DNA of 64,000 nt, taken from NCBI GenBank assembly GCA_964016885.1, contig OZ024747.1:83762001-83826000 (forward strand), in the 5' to 3' direction. Shown here piece after piece: positions 54,381 through 64,000 of the stretch (positions are counted from its first letter, which is position 1; each line of letters opens with the position of its first letter). The position numbers and the translations under genes are program-made. Source of the DNA: Eledone cirrhosa (taxonomy: Eukaryota). The notes beneath the pieces are model-generated. The model was given only the letters and a program-made list of their open reading frames with translations. It was not told the origin of the DNA and searched no databases.

Positions 54381-54419
54381 AATATATTACCTGTTACTGC
54401 TAAAGGTGAGGCTGCTGAT

Positions 54420-54570
54420 GTGATAATGAAAGGTGTGTGGTGATGATGATGGCGGTGGTGTTGATGGCGGTGTTGTTGATGGCGATGGTGTTGATGGCGG
54501 TAGTGATGATGGCGGTGATGAAGTTGATGGCGGTCGTGTTGCTTTGTGCTGTCATGATGTTGAACCGAAT

Positions 54571-54608
<38 letters not shown>

Positions 54609-55160
54609 TTGTTTATGTTGTTGTTGTTGTTGTTGTTGTTGATATTTTCGCTTAGCAAGTTTATTGTTATTATTGCTGTTGCCGCGTAGCATGTTGTTTA
54701 TAATTTACCGTTCATCCTCGGTGTTGCTGCTGTTGCTGCTGTTGTTGTTGTTGTTGTTGCTGTTCTGTTGTTATTATTATTGTTGTTGTTGTTGTTGTCG
54801 CTGTGCAGCTCACCAGTTTGTTGTTGTTATTGTTGCTAGAAATCCCTCTCATCTCCCAACAGAATTGGGCAAGCAGCCACAACAGCAACAACAACAGAAA
54901 CAACAGCAACAACAGCAGCAACAACACCATCAGCAACAACATCAGCAACAACAACAACAACAGTAACAAGAATAAAAACAACAACAATAACAGTAACAAG
55001 AATAAAAACAAACACAGCTAGAGGCCACAAGAACATCATTAAACGTATCAAACAACAGTAATAAAATAATTATAATTACAATAACAGCACACAGGGCAAC
55101 AGCAGCTGCAGCAGTTACAGCAGCAACAACTACAGCAGCAACTACAACAGCAAAAACTAC
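54420..55160. repeat. Trinucleotide arrays (GAT/GGT, TTG, then CAA/CAG)
   Basis: Directly visible. Confidence 0.85.
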
Positions 55161-55509
55161 TGCCAACCTCTAAAAACCCAAACGGGGAGGACCATAAAAA
55201 AGTGCCCCAAAATGGGGAGAAGGCCAGCAATTTTGGGGGTGGAGGGAAAGTCGATTAGATACCAGTGTGTGACTGGTACTTTATTTTATCGACCCCGTAA
55301 GGATGAAAAGAAAAGTTAACCACGACGGGATTTGAACTGAGATCATAAAGGGCTGTAACTCTATGCTGCAAGGCATGGCGTCCGACCCTCTACCGATACT
55401 GCCAATTACATAATGAAAGCTAAACTCATTTTCACAAGAGAAGACATCTCTCACCCACCCCAAAGTGGGTGGGAGATCTCCCTGACGGACGGGGAGGGTT
55501 GACAGGTCT
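55160..55509 (-). mobile_element. Family D MITE interrupted by SINE S1 (55220-55405)
   Basis: Both MITE halves flank a young S1 copy. Confidence 0.75.
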
Positions 55510-55899
55510 ACAACAACATCAATCACAACAATAACGTTAATAAAAGCAGCAACAACAACGAGAGCAAACGGAGCAAAGAGCTCAACAAATAATATAAAAA
55601 AATGTAATATATCCGTATAAAAGCAATTGCAGATGTCGCGGTGAAATGTGATGCTGTCTGTAATATTATTGTATTTAACGTAGATCTCGAACTGCAGTAA
55701 CCAAGAAATAAAGTGGTTTTAACATCAACGGTGTGGGGAGGAGGGAAGTAGTTTATATGGGGTGGGCGTGGTAGGTGTGGTGGTGGGGGTGTAGGGGTGC
55801 ATGGAACCCCTTTAAAAAAGTCACTTGTTTCTCAATCAACTTAGGAGGTCCTTCGAATGATGCATATGGTGCATTTGCTATTTTGAAAATGTAACTACA

Positions 55900-56340
55900 G
55901 TGTATGTACGTATGCATGTATGTACGTATGTATGTATGTATGTATGTATGTATGTATGTATGTATGTATGTATGTATGTATGTATGTATGTATGTACGTA
56001 TGTATGTATGTATGTATGTATGTATGTATGTATGTATGTACGTATGTATGTATGTATGTATGTATGTATGTATGTATGTATGTATGTACGTATGTATGTA
56101 TGTATGTATGTATGTACGTATGTATGTATGTACGTATGTATGTATGTATGTATGTATGTATGTATGTATGTATGTATGTACGTATGTATGTATGTACGTA
56201 TGTATGTATGTATGTATGTATGTATGTATGTATGTATGTATGTATGTATGTATGTACGTATGTACGTATGTATGTATGTACGTATGTATGTATGTATGTA
56301 TGTATGTATGTATGTATGTATGTATGTATGTATGTATGTA
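55900..56340. repeat. (TATG)n/(TACG) microsatellite, 440 bp
   Basis: Directly visible. Confidence 0.95.
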
Positions 56341-56832
56341 TTTGGACATGCTGCAGGACTAAAAACAAAACCTGTCAAAGGGCAAAGGAGCTCTTAAGAG
56401 TCAATGGCCATCCAAAATCACCGGGAGAGATGACCCCTTAACCTTTGTCAAGGCAGAATTCTAGGAGAAGGAATACTCTGATATAACACCTGCAACCCTG
56501 ATGGTATCCAATGATGTTGACTTGTTCTTCTTTTTGGTAAATATCATCTTGGTTAAGAGAGTGGGACTGGCTTTATGCAGTGCCTTTGCTCACTATAAAA
56601 GCTTCACGGCACAGGCATTGCTTTATATCTGGAGACCTCTCTGCACTTGTCGTCACATGGTGCCATGGGCCCAGCACTATGTGTCAATAATTGTCACATG
56701 TGTATTGTTTGTACCAGAGTTTTCAAGTCGCTGGCTGGACTAAAAAGTCACACTCGTTCAGCGCATCGGTAGGGGTTCTCCTAGATGGATATAAAGTAGT
56801 GGCCGTACTCGAAAACGAGTTGGCAGCCACCA
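56341..56832 (+). mobile_element. Family A retroposon, 5'-truncated
   Basis: Reverse complement of 9891-10384; (ATGT)n on both sides. Confidence 0.8.
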
Positions 56833-57151
56833 TGTATGTATGTATGTTTGTATGCATGCAAGTATGTATCTATGTATTTATGTATGTATGTATTTATGTA
56901 TGTAGTTCCTCTCCCAAGTAGCATAAATAACCACATAAAAAAATCAATTAGACCAGGCTATAAGAATAAAGGCTCCTATGAAGAAATATTTGATAAATAA
57001 ACGAAAGTGGCCTCTTCGCGGCTGACCGCAATAGAATATTTACCCAACATTTCGACAGTATGTAGAAATTGACCAAATATTCCGTCAACTATACTCAATT
57101 AGGTATAAATTTAAAGTTAGAAGAAATGCGTACATTCTTACCGTGATTACG

Positions 57152-57179
<28 letters not shown>

Positions 57180-57183
<4 letters not shown>

Positions 57184-57352
57184 AGATTCAGAACTCTGAC
57201 GCTAGATCCGAACTAGATCGGATCTAGGAGTTGAAACGGCCGGAGCTCAGCCGTCGGGGTCCTGAATCTTTTCATATTACCCACACTAATACCCTAAGTA
57301 TCGAGTACTCTGGTGCGTTATGGTCCACCTCGTATCTTACCACACCCTCTTT
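57180..57352. mobile_element. Family C-related fold-back
   Basis: Inverted GAAAAGATTCAG.A...GACG; hairpin CTAGATCCGA/TCGGATCTAG followed by GAAACGG; family C tail. Confidence 0.65.
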
Positions 57353-57819
57353 ATATATATATATAATATATATATATATATAAAACTTAACAACTGTTCT
57401 TACATAGAAGTATAAAGGAAAGTTTTTGGATAAATATAAGCCTTTTAAAATAGATAGATTTGTATCATCGAAGCAGAGGCCGTTTCAGACGTTTTTTATC
57501 AAATGGATTAAGGAGGAACTCGACAGCTATTCACAGTATCCACTTGGAACCATCATAATTATGTAACTGAATGTAAAATATTGATAAGTTGTTTCCAACA
57601 GAGCCTGATGTCCTGTTCCACCGTCAGAAAGGTTGACATGTTTGTAGAAAGAGAGAGTCCTAAATTGCTTCAAGTAACAGTGATAGTTTGGTTTGTAAAC
57701 TTACAAACAGTGACATTGGTGCCCTTATAAGCTTGGTGAGACTATTGCAGCGAATGTATAAAAGATGAATCACGATACATGATTGGTACCCATATTGTGT
57801 CATGTTACCAAAACAAAAT

Positions 57820-57857
<38 letters not shown>

Positions 57858-57926
57858 GGAGAACACTGGTGGGTAGAGGTAGAGGACTCAGTCCATGGGA
57901 CGAGTTTGATATATAAATATATACAT

Positions 57927-57958
<32 letters not shown>

Positions 57959-57963
<5 letters not shown>

Positions 57964-58148
57964 AGAAAATATGACCCCAACGGCAGAGCTCAAGCCGTTT
58001 CGATGGCTATTAGTCCAGAAATACCCGTCGAAACGGCTTGAGCTCTGCCGTCGGGGTCATACTTTCTCCTATTAACCACTCTACTACCCTAAGTATTGAG
58101 TACTCTGGTGCGTTATGGTCCATCTGGTTCCTTACCACAACTCCGTTA
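57959..58148. mobile_element. Family C fold-back, axis near 58012
   Basis: ~52-bp inverted arm plus full tail, in (TA)n. Confidence 0.8.
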
Positions 58149-58184
58149 TATATATATATATATATAATATATATATATAACGCA

Positions 58185-58615
58185 TGAAAATACCCAAGGA
58201 AAAGAAAGTATAATTATTTGATTAGTTCTGTCCTTTATCTCTTCTCAGTATAGAAGGAAAGCTGTTTTGTAGTTGCTAGAAAGAAGGATGTCGTAGTTTT
58301 AACTCTCAATAGGCGTTTAGTTTAGAAAGCCAGTGTCCTGGGATTCCCAAGTTTAAATGATTAGGAGCATATTATGATGAGGGATAAACGTCCAGTTCTT
58401 TTGGCCTGATCTGAAAAACGCGTATGAATCTGTTTCCTATAGGTTGATACGCAAGACCATTCGTTCCATATTTTGCATTCTATGATATCTATAAGGGAAC
58501 TCCTCATGTGGTAACTATCCTAGGTGGTCTTATGGATTATCACCGTGAATTTCAAGAGCAACTGGCAGCTAATGGAGACTAGTGCTACGATGGATGTACA
58601 ATTTCTCTGCGAGGC
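58185..58615 (+). mobile_element. Hero/NeSL-like non-LTR RT fragment
   Basis: FCPLSLLSIEGKLF, KASVLGFP, DLKNAYESV and GCTIS correspond to RT motifs FRPISLLNVEGK, QKGG.PGF, DL.NAYGSV and GCTIS. Confidence 0.7.
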
Positions 58616-58938
58616 AGCGCTAAAGATATCCGGTGGAAAAACCTACAATAATTTCTCTCTGGCGATATTATTACGTTTTATTTTCTAAACTAAAAATTCT
58701 AAAAGTTATTAAAAACATATAACACAGAAACTCTATTATAAATAAACGAATAAACATAAGCCTGCAATCATTTCAAAACTGCACAGAAGCTGTAATCCTG
58801 CCAGCAATACAAGATTAACATTTTACTAACTAGAGCTATATATAGAACATTATTTAAAAATTTACGGTCATTGCAAGCCACCTGGAGACTGCAATGAGAC
58901 AACCAGCGAATATTGTGTCAGGTTACCAAAAACAAAGT

Positions 58939-59011
<73 letters not shown>

Positions 59012-59040
59012 GTGTGTATGTATGTATGTATGTGTATGTA

Positions 59041-59072
<32 letters not shown>

Positions 59073-59088
59073 AATATATATGTATATA

Positions 59089-59136
<48 letters not shown>

Positions 59137-59189
59137 ATAATTATAATAGAATATAAAAGAAAAGCGAACACAGATATATACATATATAT

Positions 59190-59290
<101 letters not shown>

Positions 59291-59818
59291 TATATATGTA
59301 TATATATGTATATGTATGTATGTATATATATATATGTATATATATATATGTATGTATATATATGTATATATATATATATATGTATATATATGTATGTATA
59401 TATATATATATATACATATACGCACATACGCATATACCTCACTCTCTCTATATATATATGTGTGTGTGTATGAGTGAGTGTGTGTGTGTGTGTGTGTGTA
59501 AGAACAAGATGACAGTTGCGTTCACTGGAAATTGTGCCAAAACTAGAAAATAAGTCCAGAAAACAGATGGCATAAGACTGCAAAACATGTCTAGATGTGA
59601 TAGAACCACCCTCTACAGACTGACAATTGTGGGGTAGCTAGTAATTCGGTGTTCGATCAATCCATGAACCCTTAACTTGATATAGAGTTGTAGAAACTCT
59701 GTAGGGACATATGGTTTATTTTCAGCATTTATACCTGCCGAAGGTCACCATTCTCCAGGTCTGGACACAGGTGATTTCTTCCAGTTAGAGAGGGAGAGGA
59801 GAGAAAAAAAGGGATAGT

Positions 59819-59886
<68 letters not shown>

Positions 59887-59955
59887 CAACCAGTAATATA
59901 CTGGTGCTATATCAACCTCAAAAGTATGAAAAGCAGTGTGAGAGGGAAACGATTG

Positions 59956-60109
59956 ATGAGGCCACGATGTGAACACCCCTTTCTAAGCTAATTGGTATAG
60001 CCTACTGAGGGGGGGGGGGAAGAGAGAGAAAGCGAAAGAGAGAGAGAGAGAAATGAGGCCACGATGTGAACACCCCTTTCTAAGCCAATTGGTATAGCCT
60101 ACTGAGGGA
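59956..60109. repeat. ~55-bp direct duplication (98-bp period)
   Basis: ATGAGGCCACGATGTGAACACCCCTTTCTAAGC.AATTGGTATAGCCTACTGAGGG twice. Confidence 0.9.
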
Positions 60110-60149
60110 GAGAGAAGGAGAGAGATGGATGTGAGAGAAGAGATCAATT

Positions 60150-61129
60150 TTTGGGAAAAAATGGTAAATAATGACACAAATGGGACCTGCCCCTTGAGGA
60201 GGAGCAAATTTTGGAATAGAATAGAAAGAACTAGGAATAAGGTTAATAGAATAAACTCATGGTATGATAGCAATAAATACCAGAGTGTAATGTTCATCGA
60301 TACAACCCCTAGAGGTGAATTAGCTTACAAATTTAGAAGGGCCCTAAATAAACATAAACTCAATATTAAGATAGTAGAAAGACCAGGTACCTCCATAAAA
60401 ACACTTATTAGCAAGACATACCCTTTTCAAAGACCCCCCTGTATAGATAAGAAATGTATAATCTGTAAATTAAGCCCCCATATTAACTGTAAAACTAGAA
60501 ATGTAGTATATAACATAAGATGTACTTCAAGATAGTAAAGAATCATCTGTACTCTACCAACATGCTAAAATAGAACATAAGGGTAAATTAGAGAACATAG
60601 AAATAAAAATAGAATCTACACACAGAAAAGACGCAATGTTTAGACAAATCACAGAGGCAATAAACATAAATGAATTACAACCAAAATTAAATAGAAAACA
60701 TGAGTGGAACAGCAACATCACAACTTACAATTAAGGACAAAATGAAAACACACACGCACATAGAACAAACAATCAACCAGTAACATGTAAATAAACAAAT
60801 AAATAAACGAATATAAACACACACAGATACCCGGATGTAACACATGCTCAAACTAAGCACACAACACACACACAAAAACAAGATGGTGTAGAACAAAGGA
60901 GAGGTACAAAAAACAAAGAAAAGAATCCCCAGTCACTGAAGAGGTCACAGAATGTGTGACGAAAGAACTTTGACAATATATAAACAACCATCTGGTTGTG
61001 AAACCAACCAACCGGAAATTTATAAATTTATAAATTTATAAATTTATTATAATAAATTGAAGTGAAAGCAACTGGTGTGTGTGTTTCTTATTGGCAACAT
61101 GACCCTCCAAAAGTATAACAATATATATA
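60150..61129 (+). mobile_element. Penelope-like element (Neptune-like) 3' part: thumb/Cys linker, GIY-YIG with internal deletion, 3'UTR
   Basis: WY...VMFIDTTPRGELA...IKIVERPGTSIK...PF...C...CIIC...C...NVVYNIRC, then SVLYQH...H...RQITEAINI...PKLNRKHEWN. Confidence 0.88.
60932..60974 (+). ncRNA. Type I hammerhead in the PLE 3'UTR
   Basis: GTCA CTGAAGA G GTCACA GAATG TGTGAC GAAA GAAC TT TGAC. 4-bp stem I, 6-bp stem II, one extra nt after A9. Confidence 0.7.
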
Positions 61130-61408
61130 TATATATTGTTATACTTTGGGTGGGTCATGTTGCCAATATATATATATATACAAATATAAATTACCGAGAA
61201 TCGTATTTCGGCTATTGGCAATTAGCGAAAAACAACTTCCGAGATGTGTGGCAAGCGCTCAATAAATTCTAATGAACCAGAGCTACAACATACGTTAAAA
61301 GGCCAAACACACTGAGACGATGGTTAAACCATTATCCGCACAGCCATAGAAACGACAAAGTAATTCGGGTCAAACAAATAAAAAAAATGTGATTGAAAAA
61401 TATATATA

Positions 61409-61843
61409 GGTATGAATTTTTTCTCTCTCTCTCTCTCTCGTCTGCGACTTCACAGAACTTATGTTTACCGAATTCGCAGACCAGACCCCTTCTTCCTCCC
61501 GTTAGACCTGTGCGAAATTCCTTCCTTGCTCACATTTCAACCAGGTTTGATGGTCTTTATTCTCTCGTTCACGATTCCACCGAATTTATATTCATAGAAA
61601 TCTGGGACTTGTTTCTTTCTTCTTCATCACTTTCTGTTGCTTAAACCATTTTGTTTGTTTACCGTAGCGTCCCTTTTATTTACGTGTCCCAACGATTTTT
61701 TTTAGCCGTTGCTCGCACCAACCTGAGGTATATAGCCTTTAAAGCGACGAAATGCCTACGACGGTTGGAAGGCCACTGATGAAGGACAAACTTTTTCATA
61801 TGTAACCCATTTGCAACGCCGCAGCTCTATTATTATCATATTT

Positions 61844-61846
<3 letters not shown>
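61409..61846 (+). mobile_element. Family B copy
   Basis: Near-identical to 1228-1670. Confidence 0.75.
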
Positions 61847-61892
<46 letters not shown>

Positions 61893-61930
61893 CATATATA
61901 TACATTTATATATATATATATACATATATA

Positions 61931-62165
61931 CATCAACTTCAGAATCTTTCCCCTCTACAAATTTAAAGATAATGCCACCCACACCCAGCGCATCAGCAAG
62001 GAATCTTACTTCATTAACAAATACGGACCCCGTCTAAACACTTCTCCCTAAGACGAACCCACAACATACACACGTCAACATACATACCTACATCAGCACA
62101 CATCTCTACCCACATATAAACACAATGACATACGTAAACACACATGCTCTATGGTGCAACACAAA
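61931..62165 (+). mobile_element. PLE GIY-YIG C-terminal fragment
   Basis: NFRIFPLYKFKDNATHTQRISKESYFINKYGPRLN* fits the R...E..FI....P.LN end of PLE endonucleases. Confidence 0.7.
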
Positions 62166-62179
62166 AAAATATATGTGCA

Positions 62180-62255
<76 letters not shown>

Positions 62256-62604
62256 ATATATGTATGTGTATATATATAGTGAATATCATTTCACACCTTT
62301 TATTAAGATTTTTGATGTTCTATTAAGAGAACCGATTTTACTGAAAAAATCGAATAATGTATACCATTTTACCAGGGGGAAAAAAATACTGGTCCACCCC
62401 CACACACACACACACACACATATATATACACACACACATACACACGCGTACATCAACATACAAAGAGACTTATATATACACACACACACACGCACTTCTC
62501 CGTATAAGACAAAAGCTGAAAAATATCTTTTGACATGATAAAATACCCTCATTGCTTTCAGACACATTCTTACTGACCATCCCTGCCACCATGAATTACT
62601 CTGC

Positions 62605-62675
<71 letters not shown>

Positions 62676-63015
62676 TTGTTGTGAAAGAGTCATTTCTCAA
62701 TCTTGGCGCAAAACCAATTTTTTATTCACATGACCTCTACCGACCAATCAAAGAATTTTTGCAAATTGGAGCCACTTTTTTAACATAAAAACAGGTAGAA
62801 TACCCAAAACTAACCAGATCAGAGCAAACAGCACGGACACTCTATCTCAAAATTATTTTTGAAAAGCATTTAGAAATGCGCAACCGGTAAAAACTTAAAA
62901 ACTTAAAACCACAACTGAATACTAACCCATACAATCACTAATACTCTTTTATTCCTAATTAAACCATTTTTCAACTGTGAACAATTTGTCAGCATTTTCT
63001 ATTCCGTTTACCAAC

Positions 63016-63105
<90 letters not shown>

Positions 63106-63138
63106 GTATATGTCAATATATATATATATATATATATA

Positions 63139-63395
63139 CCGTTTCGACTGCTAGCCCAGAAATAGCCGTCGAAACGGATTGAGCTCTGCTTAAAGTTTAA
63201 GCAAAGAATCGCTGCTTTCACCCTTAACGGGAGCTTCTGTTTCAGAAGATCCAGTTAAGAATGAAAGCAGTGATTCTTTGCTTAAACTTTAATTTGTTAT
63301 TTTAATAAATATTTGCTCTAGGGTTCTTATATATTTGATATATATTTATCCTTATCGAGCCCTCTTTGGATTTTAGTTTCACATTTATTATTATT
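63139..63395. mobile_element. Two fused fold-backs (family C hairpin 63139-63190; family G hairpin 63191-63292 plus tail)
   Basis: CCGTTTCGAC.GCTA/TAGCCGTCGAAACGG; TTAAAGTTTAAGCAAAGAATC.CTGCTTTCA inverted; tail recurs at 47211-47300. Confidence 0.7.
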
Positions 63396-63467
63396 AATAT
63401 ATGTATATATATGTATATATATGTATATATATGTATATATATATATATATATATTTGTGTGTGTGTG

Positions 63468-63530
<63 letters not shown>

Positions 63531-63699
63531 ATATATATATGTATATATACATATATATAAATAAATAGATATATATGTATATATACATATATATAAATAA
63601 ATAGATATTTATGTACAAGGTATAAGAGGGATAGCCCAACATAGTGGAATATAGTACTTCCTGTTGATAGAAATATTTATCTCCTTATCCCTGTCTTTC

Positions 63700-63791
<92 letters not shown>

Positions 63792-63937
63792 CTCTCTCAA
63801 ATAAACAGACGCATGTACTTACCACATGTTCACTACATATATACACACTTACATACATATATATGTACACTTACATACACACATATACCTATCTCTATCT
63901 CTCTCTCTCTCTCTCTTTTTCTCTTTTTCTCTCTTTC

Positions 63938-64000
<63 letters not shown>

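Noticed and set aside
58865-58945. Hammerhead-like remnants here and near 51890, 59570 and 61310
   Set aside because: Core nucleotides or stems missing; cannot be told from chance
62560-62960. Possible LINE C-terminal coding remnant
   Set aside because: Frameshifted, with no diagnostic motif

Overview
Eukaryotic, AT-rich, repeat-dominated window. The SINE families and microsatellite load resemble an octopus/cephalopod genome (inference). No host protein-coding gene can be supported, and almost all ORFs in the track are microsatellite translations. Supported content: one intact tRNA-Gly(TCC) gene (16704-16775, -); many tRNA-derived SINE copies of two or three families; decayed non-LTR fragments from many clades (R4/Dong-like, CRE x3, Hero-like, RTE x2, Tx1/L1, CR1-like); mariner/Tc1 and hAT-like MITEs; a (TACA)n-embedded non-autonomous retroposon family; and many Penelope-like element (PLE) 3' ends. 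The most striking signal is about a dozen type I hammerhead-ribozyme motifs from roughly seven different PLE-like families. One (48789-48849, -) fits the consensus fully. Many of the short PLE-derived insertions in (TA)n tracts are fold-back palindromes whose inversion axis falls on or next to the hammerhead. This suggests a repeated ribozyme-delimited, two-ended insertion mechanism (inference). Everything was read by eye; coordinates of decayed repeats are approximate.
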